Source: Erysipelotrichaceae bacterium (GTDB lineage: Bacteria; Bacillota_I; Bacilli_A; Erysipelotrichales; Coprobacillaceae). From it: 32,000 nucleotides of DNA. Under the pieces are notes generated by a model. That model ran no database searches. It was given only the letters and a program-made list of their open reading frames with translations, and was not told where the DNA came from. This document shows positions 1 through 8,656 of this stretch, in pieces (within the stretch, counting starts at the first letter, position 1; each line of letters opens with the position of its first letter). The stretch covers positions 90,001 to 122,000 of the forward strand of contig JAQVDW010000001.1 of assembly GCA_028698185.1 (NCBI GenBank), given 5' to 3'. The position numbers and the translations under genes were made by a program.

Positions 1-115
1 ATGATACTAAAATTGAAGCTTGATTGACTTAAAATCGCATATATGTCTTATATTTTTCAAATATTGAAAATCGTAAAATAAACTTACAGTTAAAAACTTA
101 TGAATCGATTTTTCT

Positions 116-139
116 GGCTCTTGATTAGTTTGTGTGGTA
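116..139 (+). repeat. Left terminal inverted repeat (IRL) of the ISL3 element
   Basis: GGCTCTTGATTAGTTTGTGTGGTA. It shares the GGCT tip and an identical 13-nt core AGTTTGTGTGGTA with the reverse complement of 1572..1593. A 2-nt indel separates tip and core. Confidence 0.8.
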
Positions 140-180
140 GCTAAAATGCTTCAAACCCTTATTATTACTCGGTTTTAGTA

Positions 181-209
181 TTGAAAAAGCATACATTTTT
201 CTGTAAGAT
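181..209 (+). promoter_or_regulatory. Candidate transposase promoter
   Basis: TTGAAA (181..186), a 17-nt spacer, then TAAGAT (204..209). It lies about 40 nt upstream of the AGAGGT Shine-Dalgarno and the ATG at 250. Confidence 0.3.
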
Positions 210-249
210 TTTTTTGCTAAAGAAAAATCTAAAATACAGAGGTAAATGT

Positions 250-1538
250 ATGCTTAATAAAAGAATAATCAAGAATCTACTCAATGTCAAGCACACAATA
301 ATTGATGACGTGAAAATGACGGCCGATAACTCCCTCGTAGTACATGTTCACCCATCAAAGGGCCACCAATGTCGTTGTGGAATCTGCGGTAAGAAATCCA
401 AGTTTTATGATAACGGTCGGGGACGCCGTCAGTGGCGCTCTTGCGATTTCAATAGCACCATGGTTTATCTCGAAGCCGATGCTCCACGGGTAAAATGCAA
501 AGACCATGGCGTAGTGACTGCAAGTGTGCCTTGGGCAAGACATAAGTCCCGCTTCACCTATGATTTTGAACAGCTGGTTGCCTGGTTATCTTTGAATTGT
601 TCAAAGAAAGCTGTTTCTCAGCTACTTCGTATTTCGTGGAACACCATTGGACCGATTATTATCCGGATCAAGGCATCACTTGATCCCAATCCAAACTCTC
701 GATTCGATGGGCTTAAAAGAATCGGGATTGATGAAACCAGTTATCGCAAGGGCCATAAATATATGACTGTGGTAGTTAACCATGATACCGGTAAAGTTAT
801 ATGGGTGGCTAAAGGTCACGGTAAATCAGTATTAACCAAGTTCTTTGAGTTGTTGATTAAGGAACAACGTAAAAGTATAGAACATGTCACCGCCGACGGT
901 GCACGTTGGATTGCTCTTTGCGTCGAAGAGTACTGTCCTACAGCAGTCCGGTGCATTGACCCTTTTCACGTTGTGCAATGGGCAATGGATGCCGTTGATT
1001 AGTTCGGCGCGAGGCATGGCAAAAAGCCCGTAAACAAGCGAGAAATCAGGAAAAACGATCGCCTGGTCGGCCACGAAAAGATGCTCCGCCAAAGGATTAG
1101 GCAGCCTCAAAAATCAAGGGTTCCAGATACGCTCTAGGTAAAGCGCCTGAAAATCTGACAGATAACCAAAAAGCCAAGATAGAGATGATTGCCAAGTCCG
1201 ATAATCGTCTTTATCGATCATATCTACTCAAAGAAAAGATCCGACTAATATTTCAGATGGATGAAGTCGTAGGACGCGAGGAACTTGATGCATGGATCAA
1301 GTGGGCCCAACACTGTCGTATTCCTGAATTCGTGGAGCTTCAGCGTAAGATTCGACGCCATTACGATGCGATTATTGAAACCCTTAGAAGTGGGCTATCA
1401 AACGCAAGGATTGAAGCTGTAAACAACAAGATCAAGCTATCCATCCGGATGGCATATGGTTTTAGAAACATGGACAACATGATTGACATGATTATGCTTA
1501 GATGTTCTGATATTAAAATCCAATTACCTTGGCAGTGA
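250..1538 (+). pseudogene. ISL3-family transposase, disrupted by one frameshift and one premature stop
   Basis: The likely true start is ATG 250 (MLNKRIIKNLL), preceded by AGAGGT. The N-terminal part has a Cys-rich zinc-finger (CRCGICGKK...CKDHG) and IGIDETSYRKGHKYMTVVVNHDTGKVIWV. The frame ends at TAG 1000..1002 after DPFHVVQWAMDAVD. The protein continues in the frame of ORF 1185..1538 from 999 (LVRREAWQKARKQAR...GRPRKDAPPKD), hits an in-frame TAG at 1098..1100, then resumes (AASKIKGSRYALGKAPENLTDNQKAKIEMIAKSDNRLYRSY...NARIEAVNNKIKLSIRMAYGFRN). Confidence 0.9.
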
Positions 1539-1571
1539 TGTTGATGTCAATCGATACTTAGTTGGATTATT

Positions 1572-1593
1572 TACCACACAAACTGATGAAGCC
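1572..1593 (-). repeat. Right terminal inverted repeat (IRR) of the ISL3 element
   Basis: The reverse complement reads GGCTTCATCAGTTTGTGTGGTA, matching IRL in the tip and the 13-nt core. Confidence 0.8.
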
Positions 1594-1628
1594 TCATTTT
1601 TCATTTTTCTATAGAATATTGTTTTCAC

Positions 1629-1656
1629 AAAAAAAGCTATCCGTTTTGGATAGCTT
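1629..1656 (-). terminator. Rho-independent terminator after acpS
   Basis: On the minus strand: AAGCTATCC-AAAC-GGATAGCTT followed by TTTTTTT, immediately after the acpS TGA stop at 1657..1659. Confidence 0.75.
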
Positions 1657-1995
1657 TCACTCGATATTTTCGACAACCACATATGTGATCGCCATCTGCT
1701 TCTCATGAGAAATGGAAACATGGGCATTGGGATAATTCAAAAAAGGTCTTCCGTTTTCATCATTGAGCAACGTCAGTGATTTGTACGTGTGCTCAAGATT
1801 GAGATGACTGGTCGCCTTGTAGAAAGATTCTTTGACTGAAAATCGGGTCCCCAGATACTGCCTTTTGATGTTTTTATTGGTGATTTTCCGGTATATTTCC
1901 AGTTCCGGTTCGGACAGGACTTTTACCGCCAACCGATCGTCATCGACATTGATCCTGGTAAGATCGACTATGTCGCAGCCAATTCCTACAATCAT
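1657..1995 (-). CDS. acpS: Holo-[acyl-carrier-protein] synthase (4'-phosphopantetheinyl transferase)
   Basis: 112 aa with the typical AcpS N-terminus MIVGIGCDIVDLTRI. Size and the C-terminal ISHEKQMAI motif fit. The ATG overlaps the upstream stop (ATGA). Confidence 0.9.
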   Translation of the reverse strand: MIVGIGCDIVDLTRINVDDDRLAVKVLSEPELEIYRKITNKNIKRQYLGTRFSVKESFYKATSHLNLEHTYKSLTLLNDENGRPFLNYPNAHVSISHEKQMAITYVVVENIE

Positions 1996-2726
1996 CAGTT
2001 TTTGAATTTGTCGTACAAATTCATCAGTTCCTCAAGAGAAGTATCGTCCTTGATTTCCTCAGTCACTGAGGGGGTGTCCTTCTTGCTTTCCTTGAAATCC
2101 AATCTGAATTCGCCGGTTCTTTCTTCGATTATTTTCAAATCGGCATCCGTATCATCAATCATTTTGGCAATGTTCCGGATATTGTCCTCAACCGACTCGT
2201 CTTTTATTTCAACTGGTTCTGGCTGGGCCATGGCTTCGCTGGCCACTTTGATCTGATCAACCTTTTTTGACAGATCTGGGATGATATCCTTCGGTTCCGC
2301 TTTTGGTTCCGGTTCCTCTTCTTCAACAGGTACATAAAAAGGTGAGAAGACATTGATCAAGCCGTCTTCTTTGGGTGCCTTGATTTTCTTTTTTTTCACT
2401 TCATCCTTATGGTCGTCCGATTGACTGCCATTGCACTTGCCATATATCGGAGAAATGACCTGGGTCATCTTATATTCTTCAACTTTTGGTTTGTCCTCTT
2501 TGGTAAACTGATTCTTCAAATCAAAATCAGCCTTTTTGTTAGCGCCGGCTTTTTCCGCCTTTTCGACAACCAGGTCTTCAGGAACCAGGGTTTTTGTCTT
2601 TTGTTGGGGCTCAACGCTTACCGGTTGCACCTTTGAGGTGACTTTTTCCTGACGTCTTTTTTCGACAATCAAATCGGGAGTGGGATCTTCCTCTTCTTTA
2701 AAAAGATTTATAAAACTCTTAAACAT
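1995..2726 (-). CDS. Hypothetical, highly charged (Glu/Lys/Asp/Pro-rich) low-complexity protein; orphan
   Basis: 243-aa ORF. It overlaps the ytpR stop by 8 nt and the acpS start by 1 nt. I recognise no catalytic motif and no hydrophobic segment. It has two SP[IF]Y motifs (VISPIYG, VFSPFYVP) and the N-terminus MFKSFINLFKEEED. Confidence 0.6.
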   Translation of the reverse strand: MFKSFINLFKEEEDPTPDLIVEKRRQEKVTSKVQPVSVEPQQKTKTLVPEDLVVEKAEKAGANKKADFDLKNQFTKEDKPKVEEYKMTQVISPIYGKCNGSQSDDHKDEVKKKKIKAPKEDGLINVFSPFYVPVEEEEPEPKAEPKDIIPDLSKKVDQIKVASEAMAQPEPVEIKDESVEDNIRNIAKMIDDTDADLKIIEERTGEFRLDFKESKKDTPSVTEEIKDDTSLEELMNLYDKFKN

Positions 2727-3336
2727 TTAGCTCACCATACCTTTTATAAAAATTTTCTCCGACACTATATAGATTTTCATCCAATACAAGGATTCCTTCA
2801 TAAGGAATATCTAGAAGATTAAGCTCGATGCTGCTGCAAATCATCCCGGCGCTGGGCTGACCACGCAATTTTGACGGTTTGATAATCAACCCGCTGGGCA
2901 TAACCGCATTTTCCTCGGCCACTACTACCAGCTGGTCTTTAGCGATGTTTTTGGCTCCGCAAACTATCTGCACTTGCTCGTACCCTTTGTCGACTTGGCA
3001 TACATGGAGATGGTCAGAGTCGGGATGAAGCTCACACTCAACAACTTTGCCGACAATGAAGTGGTCATTGAAATCACTCGATACCTCTTCTAGTCCATTT
3101 GATTTGAGTATATTATTTAGTTTTTCAACGAAATCGGGCGTTATTTCGATTTTTCCGTTGCCCAGCTTATCGAAATGCTTAGAGGCATTCAACAAGTTGT
3201 AGCCGATGGTTTTTTGGCCGTCTTTTAAAACGACCAGATCACCTACAGTTTCAATCACACTGGTGGTTCCTGATCCCAGACGAACCAACAGCACATCACC
3301 TGAACCTTCAAAATTATAAAAAGCATGTAACAACAT
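2719..3336 (-). CDS. ytpR: YtpR-like tRNA-binding domain protein (CsaA/EMAP-II/PheT N-terminal type fold)
   Basis: 205 aa. N-terminus AFYNFEGSGDVLLVRL resembles B. subtilis YtpR. The C-terminal tRNA-binding domain reads VGKVVECELHPDSDHLHVCQVDKG...IVCGAKNI...KLRGQPSAGMICS. Confidence 0.85.
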   Translation of the reverse strand: MLLHAFYNFEGSGDVLLVRLGSGTTSVIETVGDLVVLKDGQKTIGYNLLNASKHFDKLGNGKIEITPDFVEKLNNILKSNGLEEVSSDFNDHFIVGKVVECELHPDSDHLHVCQVDKGYEQVQIVCGAKNIAKDQLVVVAEENAVMPSGLIIKPSKLRGQPSAGMICSSIELNLLDIPYEGILVLDENLYSVGENFYKRYGELNV

Positions 3337-3668
3337 TAATATTCCCCCAGACTGTTAATGAAATCTTGAACTTCTTGTTTTGTTTTTCTTTGTTTGGATA
3401 TGAACGTTCCAATCTTTTTCCCATCCTTATATGCGATAAATGAAGGGATTCCCATAATCCCGTTTTCCACGCAAATATCCAAAAGCTTGTCGCGGTCGAC
3501 ATAGTACCATTGATATTCCTGATTGTCACATACCAGCTGGTCCAAAAACTGTTTGAGAAAAAGACAGTCACCGCACCAATTGGCAGAGAAAAGAACAATC
3601 GACTTAGGTGTCTTTTCAATAAGTTCGTAGTAATCTTGAACACTTTGAATCTCAATGATAGTTTTCAT
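3336..3668 (-). CDS. Thioredoxin-family protein (YtpP-like), WCGDC active site
   Basis: 110 aa. FSANWCGDCLFLKQF matches a thioredoxin-fold CxxC motif. It sits directly upstream of ytpR, as ytpP does in Bacillus. Confidence 0.8.
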   Translation of the reverse strand: MKTIIEIQSVQDYYELIEKTPKSIVLFSANWCGDCLFLKQFLDQLVCDNQEYQWYYVDRDKLLDICVENGIMGIPSFIAYKDGKKIGTFISKQRKTKQEVQDFINSLGEY

Positions 3669-4307
3669 CTAGTACCTCACGATAGCCTTGTAGATTGGTC
3701 CAAACTTACTGAACTTTCTTTCGTATTCGGTTTGGATATTGGTTTCGTTCTCTTTGGAATTATGCAAATCGAGACTGACATATTCAAGATGCATTGGATA
3801 GGCGCTGAATGTGACCAATGAGTATTCAAACAGCAACCTGTTGTCGGTCTTGAATTCGATGATTGCATCGTTGTCGAGAACCTTCTTGTATATATCCAAA
3901 AATTGAGGTGAAGTCAGGCGCCTTTTCGCATGTCTGCTTTTAGGCCAAGGATCCGAGAAGTTGAGGAACAGCTTGGCAACTTCGCCATAGGCAAATATTT
4001 CCTCAAGAAGGCTCGCGTCAAATTTGATGACCCTCAGATTTGGAAGCGCCGGCGATTTGTTTATTTTGTTCACTGCCGCTGCCAGCACCGAGGGATATCT
4101 TTCAATACCGATGAAATTGACATCAGGATATGCCTGGGCATTGCCATAGACGAAATCGCCCTTGCCCATTCCCACTTCGATAAAGATGGGGTTATCGTTG
4201 TTGAAAAGTTCCTTCCATTTGCCGCGATGCTTCTCCGGTTCCAAAACAACCAGGTTATTGTTTTCTTTTAAAATATCCATTGCATTTGGATTATTTCGAA
4301 GTCTCAT
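3669..4307 (-). CDS. trmB: tRNA (guanine46-N7)-methyltransferase
   Basis: 212 aa with IEVGMGKGDF (SAM-binding motif), GIE, and FSDPWPKSRHAKRRLT. A strong AAGGAG lies upstream of the ATG. Confidence 0.92.
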   Translation of the reverse strand: MRLRNNPNAMDILKENNNLVVLEPEKHRGKWKELFNNDNPIFIEVGMGKGDFVYGNAQAYPDVNFIGIERYPSVLAAAVNKINKSPALPNLRVIKFDASLLEEIFAYGEVAKLFLNFSDPWPKSRHAKRRLTSPQFLDIYKKVLDNDAIIEFKTDNRLLFEYSLVTFSAYPMHLEYVSLDLHNSKENETNIQTEYERKFSKFGPIYKAIVRY

Positions 4308-4333
4308 TTGTATTCTCCTTAAATTTGATTATA

Positions 4334-5053
4334 TCATAGATTTTCTTTCAAGTCGATTAATTCTTGTTCAGTTAGTTTACGAAATTCGCCCAATTGTAAG
4401 TTTTCATCCAATTTCAGGTCTCTGATCTGGATTCTTTTGAGATATAATACTTCGGAACCGATCGCCAGAAACATTTTCTTGACTTGATGGAACTTCCCTT
4501 CTGTTATCTCAACTTCAACAATCGAATAGTCTTCATTGGCTTCCAATATCTTCAAACGTGAACTCTTGCACTTATAGCCGGTATCGATGGTGATACCTTC
4601 CTTGAACAGTCCGATGTGCTCATCGGTTATCTCACCTTTGACCTTGGCATAATATATTTTGGCATGCTTGCGCCGGGGCGCCATCAGCAAATGGGCAAAA
4701 CCGCCGTCATTTGTGATCAGCAACAAACCTTCTGTGTCCTTGTCGAGACGTCCGACCGGGAACAATTCATAGTTGTCATAGCCTTCGATCAAATCAATAA
4801 CCGTCTTGTGAACCTGATCGACAGTGGCGCTTATGTAGCCGGCAGGTTTGTTGAGCATGAAATAAACAAAAGTCTCATGGACAACCTCGACATCATCCAC
4901 GTAAACCTTCTCCACTTTGGGATCTATTTTCAAATCATCTTTCTTGATTACTGTTTTATTTACTTTTACATGGCCCTTGCGGATCATCTGTTTAACCTCT
5001 TTGCGGGTTCCATATCCAGTGTTGGATAACAATCGATCTAATCTTACCTTCAT
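4334..5053 (-). CDS. rsuA: rRNA pseudouridine synthase, RsuA family (S4 domain plus PseudoU_synth_2)
   Basis: 239 aa. The S4-like N-terminus is MKVRLDRLLSNTGYGTRKE. Also present: FMLNKPAGYISAT, catalytic GRLDKDTEGLLLITNDG, and GKFHQVKKMF. Confidence 0.85.
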   Translation of the reverse strand: MKVRLDRLLSNTGYGTRKEVKQMIRKGHVKVNKTVIKKDDLKIDPKVEKVYVDDVEVVHETFVYFMLNKPAGYISATVDQVHKTVIDLIEGYDNYELFPVGRLDKDTEGLLLITNDGGFAHLLMAPRRKHAKIYYAKVKGEITDEHIGLFKEGITIDTGYKCKSSRLKILEANEDYSIVEVEITEGKFHQVKKMFLAIGSEVLYLKRIQIRDLKLDENLQLGEFRKLTEQELIDLKENL

Positions 5054-5079
5054 AATACCACCTTAAAAAATCTTCCATA

Positions 5080-5088
5080 ATTATATCA
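5080..5088 (-). promoter_or_regulatory. Candidate extended -10 promoter for rsuA-trmB-...-acpS operon
   Basis: The minus strand reads TGATATAAT (TGn plus a perfect -10) about 27 nt upstream of the rsuA ATG. The -35 is poor. Confidence 0.4.
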
Positions 5089-5133
5089 AAATTTCACCAA
5101 TATTAATATTAGTTTTTTTTAATTCAACATACT

Positions 5134-5160
5134 AAATGAAAAAAGGTCAAATGACCTTTT
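5134..5160 (-). terminator. Terminator after aldose-epimerase-like gene
   Basis: On the minus strand: AAAGGTC-ATTT-GACCTTT followed by TTTCATTT, directly after the TAA stop at 5160..5162. The stem is short and AT-rich. Confidence 0.5.
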
Positions 5161-6038
5161 TACATATCAATGGTGATGGTGAAGTTCACCTGATAATCAT
5201 TGTCAGGTGCAAGCTCCACAACACTTTCCTTCTCTTTGAACTCTCCTGCAAAACCTTCGTAGTCGATATGTCCAACCCATGGTTCAATCGCAAGCAGGCC
5301 GCCTACGTGCTTGCTTGCCCACAGCCCCAAATGGTCGAAACCGGTCATGGTCATATGGATTGCCTTGTCGTGTTTGATCGACTTCAGGGAAACGGTCTGC
5401 GACTTGAAGTTTTTAAAAACTATCGCATCGTTGGCAAAAAGGCTTTGTCGGACAAAGAAGCGCCGTTCGTTTTCAAAAAACGGTCTGGTTTCATAAGACA
5501 TGCATTTCTTTTCAGGAAGAAGAACTTTCTGATTTAGCGTTTCCTTTTGCGAGAATTCAATGTAATAATCGTCGCTGGATTCACCATCGATGAACGGGCA
5601 GGCAAAAGCCGGATGTCCGCCAATCTGGAAATAGATGTCCTGGCTGTCGGTGTTGATGACCTTGCAGGTGCAGCTAAGCGAGCAACCGTCAAGTTCATAG
5701 GATACAACAAGTTTGAACTGGTATGGATACTGGGTAATGATTTTATCGTTCGATTCCAAAGTGAAATCGACCCGCACCGGGCTTACTTGCTCCGTATTGA
5801 AGACATTGTGACGTGCGAAGCCATGTTGGGTGAGATGGAACTCCTGAGAGTTGATGCGGTATGTGTCATTATTTACCGCTCCGACTATCGGGAAAAGGAT
5901 CGGTGCCGAAGAGCCCCACAACGACTTGTCTCTTTTCCACATGTAATTGATATTGTCTTCTTTCCCGATGATGCTGACGATCTCGGCACCTAAGGGATTC
6001 AATTCTACTTTCAACTTATCATTCTCTAAAAATGGCAT
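5160..6038 (-). CDS. Aldose 1-epimerase (galactose mutarotase-like, LacX/YphB-type) family protein
   Basis: 292 aa. N-terminus ...LNPLGAEIVSI...MWKRDKSLWGSSAPILFPIVG...HGFAR and internal GGHPAF are typical of the family. It has its own promoter and terminator. Confidence 0.8.
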   Translation of the reverse strand: MPFLENDKLKVELNPLGAEIVSIIGKEDNINYMWKRDKSLWGSSAPILFPIVGAVNNDTYRINSQEFHLTQHGFARHNVFNTEQVSPVRVDFTLESNDKIITQYPYQFKLVVSYELDGCSLSCTCKVINTDSQDIYFQIGGHPAFACPFIDGESSDDYYIEFSQKETLNQKVLLPEKKCMSYETRPFFENERRFFVRQSLFANDAIVFKNFKSQTVSLKSIKHDKAIHMTMTGFDHLGLWASKHVGGLLAIEPWVGHIDYEGFAGEFKEKESVVELAPDNDYQVNFTITIDM

Positions 6039-6067
6039 AATTTTCTCCTTTGTATGTTGCTTTAGTA

Positions 6068-6096
6068 ATTATAACAAAGTTTTGCCTGCTTGTTAA
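6068..6096 (-). promoter_or_regulatory. Sigma-A type promoter for aldose-epimerase-like gene
   Basis: On the minus strand: TTAACA (6096..6091), a 17-nt spacer ending in TGT, then TATAAT (6073..6068). This is an extended -10. Confidence 0.6.
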
Positions 6097-6105
6097 GGAT
6101 CCGGG

Positions 6106-6132
6106 CAACAAAAAAGGCTGCAAAAGCAGCCT
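6106..6132 (-). terminator. Rho-independent terminator after rbfA (end of rimP-nusA-infB-rbfA operon)
   Basis: On the minus strand: AGGCTGC-TTTT-GCAGCCT followed by TTTTTTG, 8 nt after the rbfA stop. Confidence 0.85.
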
Positions 6133-6139
6133 AAGTCGA

Positions 6140-6493
6140 TTATTTTTGAGAATCTTTTTCATGTAGTTCGCTGATTATCTTTTCGATCTTGTTACCGTAT
6201 TCAACGGACTCGTCGATCTTGAAAATAAGTTCGGGAACCTTGCGAACCTTTAGCTTTTTCGCCAATAAAGATCGAATGTAACCAGACGATTTTTCCAGCG
6301 CTTCAAGGCCGCGGCGTTTGTCGTTTTCATTACCTAGAAACGTCACGAAGACTTTCGCAAACGACAAATCATTTGTAGTCTCAACCGCAGTTACGGTTAC
6401 AAACCGCAAGTTGCGATCTCTGACTTCGGTCCGAAAAATCAAAGAGAGTTCTCTTTGAATTGTTCCATTTAATTTCTGGATTTTAACAGACAT
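6140..6493 (-). CDS. rbfA: Ribosome-binding factor A
   Basis: 117 aa. RELSLIFRTEVRDRNLRFVTVTAVETTNDLSFAKVFVTF matches RbfA. It sits immediately after infB. Confidence 0.92.
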   Translation of the reverse strand: MSVKIQKLNGTIQRELSLIFRTEVRDRNLRFVTVTAVETTNDLSFAKVFVTFLGNENDKRRGLEALEKSSGYIRSLLAKKLKVRKVPELIFKIDESVEYGNKIEKIISELHEKDSQK

Positions 6494-6501
6494 GTTAACA
6501 C

Positions 6502-8346
6502 CTATCTTTCTACTTCTTCCATGATGTAACCTTCGATTACATCGCCTTCTTTAACATCATTATAATTTTCAATGCTCAACCCGCATTCGAATCCGGTGTT
6601 TACCTGCTTTACATCATCGGTGAAACGACGCAGTGATCCAAGTTTACCTTCGTAAATGACGATACCGTCGCGGATCAGGCGGATGCCGCTGTTTCTTAAC
6701 AGGTATCCATCAGTCACATAACATCCGGCAACGTTCCCGACTTTGGAAACCTTGATTACCTGACGGACTTCGGCTTGACCAGTCACTTTTTCCTTGAATT
6801 CAGGAGCAAGCATTCCAGTCATCGCGGCTTCAATCTCTTCAATCATCTTGTAGATGATGTTGTGCAGGTGGATTTCCACGCCTTCTTCCTCGGCCTTTTG
6901 ACGGACTTTGGCGTTTGGACGGACATTGAAACCGTAAATAATGGCTTTGGATGCGCTAGCCAAAAGGACATCCGATTCGGTTATTGAACCGACTGTAGAA
7001 CGGATTACGTTGACACGAACACCGTCGATATCGATCTTGTTCAACGAAGCCTTCACCGCTTCAGCTGTACCTTGGACATCGGCTTTAACGATAATGTTCA
7101 AATCGATGATCTGACCGTCTTTGATTTGTGAATACAGGTCATCCAACGACATTGCGGCATTGCTTGAGCGTTGTTCTTCCTGTTTTGCCTTGAGACGGGT
7201 TTCCCCTACCGAACGGGCTTTTTTCTCAGAATCAAATACCTTGAATCTATCACCGGCACCAGGTACGTCACTCAATCCGGTGATTTCCACTGGAGTACCA
7301 GGCAATGCGGATTTGATTATGCGGCCGCGGTCGTCAAGCATCTGACGGACCTTACCGAATGTTGTTCCGACGACAATCGGATCTCCTGAACGCAATGTTC
7401 CGTTTTCAACAAGCAAAGTTGCAACCGGTCCGCGACCTTTGTCTAGCTTACCTTCAATTACGGTACCATAAGCCAACCGCTTAGGGTTTGCTCTATAATC
7501 CTGCAATTCAGCCACTACTGTCAATGTTTCCAGCAATACATCGATTCCTATGTTCATTTTAGCGGAAATCTCGCAGTAAACCGTATCGCCACCCCATTCT
7601 TCAGGCATCAGTCCTTCTTCGGACATAGCACCCTTGATCCGTTCGACATCGGCACCTTCCTTGTCAATCTTGTTGATGGCAACAACGATAGGAACACCGG
7701 CTGCTTTGGCATGGTCGATTGCTTCTCTTGTTTGAGGCATCACTCCATCATCTGCCGCGACAACGATTATTACGATGTCGGTAACCTGAGCCCCGCGGGC
7801 ACGCATCGCCGTGAATGCTTCATGGCCCGGTGTATCCAGGAACGTGATTTTCTTACCATCAACGGCTACCTGGTATGCCCCGATATGTTGGGTGATTCCA
7901 CCGGCTTCGCCTTCTGCCACAGTGGTTTTTCTGATTGTATCCAACAATGTGGTCTTACCATGGTCAACGTGCCCCATGATCGTAACAACTGGACAACGAG
8001 TAACCAGATCCTCTTCCTTGTCCTCTTCAATAAACTCTTCAAAATTATTTTCATCCACTTTGATTTCTTTTTTGGTCTCAAAACCGTATTCCAAGCAGAT
8101 CAATTCAACTTGTTCATCTGTTAAAGGTGTATTAATTGTTACCATGATTCCCAGTAAGAATAAAACTTTGATTATTGAAGCGGGTTGTTGTCCCACTTTT
8201 TCAGCCAGTTCGCTGACAGTGATCCCGTCTTCATAAACGATAAAGCCGTCAACCAATTGCGGTTCCAATTTTTTTGGAGCAGCAGGTCTTTTGCCTTTTC
8301 CTCCTCGTTTATTATGTTTGTTTTGATTCTTGTTTACTTTCGCCAT
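6502..8346 (-). CDS. infB: Translation initiation factor IF-2 (short N-terminal region)
   Basis: 614 aa. The GTPase G-motifs are present: [25 protein letters not shown]. Confidence 0.97.
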   Translation of the reverse strand: MAKVNKNQNKHNKRGGKGKRPAAPKKLEPQLVDGFIVYEDGITVSELAEKVGQQPASIIKVLFLLGIMVTINTPLTDEQVELICLEYGFETKKEIKVDENNFEEFIEEDKEEDLVTRCPVVTIMGHVDHGKTTLLDTIRKTTVAEGEAGGITQHIGAYQVAVDGKKITFLDTPGHEAFTAMRARGAQVTDIVIIVVAADDGVMPQTREAIDHAKAAGVPIVVAINKIDKEGADVERIKGAMSEEGLMPEEWGGDTVYCEISAKMNIGIDVLLETLTVVAELQDYRANPKRLAYGTVIEGKLDKGRGPVATLLVENGTLRSGDPIVVGTTFGKVRQMLDDRGRIIKSALPGTPVEITGLSDVPGAGDRFKVFDSEKKARSVGETRLKAKQEEQRSSNAAMSLDDLYSQIKDGQIIDLNIIVKADVQGTAEAVKASLNKIDIDGVRVNVIRSTVGSITESDVLLASASKAIIYGFNVRPNAKVRQKAEEEGVEIHLHNIIYKMIEEIEAAMTGMLAPEFKEKVTGQAEVRQVIKVSKVGNVAGCYVTDGYLLRNSGIRLIRDGIVIYEGKLGSLRRFTDDVKQVNTGFECGLSIENYNDVKEGDVIEGYIMEEVER

Positions 8347-8350
8347 AATA

Positions 8351-8656
8351 TCACCTACCCATTTCTTTTTTTATTTTAGCATAGAATCCTTTATCCATTA
8401 TTCCAACAGCCATCCGATTGTTTTTTCCAATCGCCGCTGAAATTTCCTCACTATGATATTTTTCTATAAATTCGACATTGTAAAATTTACATTTATCGCT
8501 GATCTTTTTTTTCGTGTTATCGCTAGCATCGCTAGCGATAATCACAAAATAGACTTTGTTTTTTCGAATATCTTCGATTAAGGTCGAGCCGGTGGATATC
8601 TTCCCAGCCCTATTACATAATCCTAATGTACCTTTGATTTGGTTATCCATTGACAT
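8351..8656 (-). CDS. ylxQ: L7Ae-family RNA-binding protein YlxQ
   Basis: 101 aa. [33 protein letters not shown] matches YlxQ. It lies between ylxR and infB. The start could instead be the ATG at 8650. Confidence 0.85.
   Translation of the reverse strand: MSMDNQIKGTLGLCNRAGKISTGSTLIEDIRKNKVYFVIIASDASDNTKKKISDKCKFYNVEFIEKYHSEEISAAIGKNNRMAVGIMDKGFYAKIKKEMGR

Larger units (their letters stand above)
116..1593 (+). mobile_element. ISL3-family insertion sequence, about 1.48 kb, decayed and non-autonomous
   Basis: Imperfect terminal inverted repeats at 116..139 and 1572..1593 bracket a single ISL3-type transposase reading frame. It lies in AT-rich intergenic DNA downstream of the acpS terminator. 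It is the only plus-strand gene in the window. Confidence 0.85.

Noticed and set aside
990-1100. Programmed ribosomal frameshift in the IS transposase
   Set aside because: ISL3 transposases are normally a single ORF. I see no slippery heptamer at the junction, and there is an additional in-frame TAG at 1098..1100. Mutational decay is the simpler explanation.
3314-3655. Alternative 113-aa minus-strand ORF overlapping the thioredoxin gene in another frame
   Set aside because: The 3336..3668 frame gives a clear thioredoxin fold with a WCGDC motif and abuts both neighbouring genes with no gap (a 1-nt overlap with ytpR). The alternative frame has no recognisable features.
3336-3668. Non-canonical CGDC thioredoxin active site as a novelty
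   Set aside because: Thioredoxin-like paralogues commonly deviate from CGPC. Without an alignment I cannot say this is unusual for the YtpP-like subgroup.
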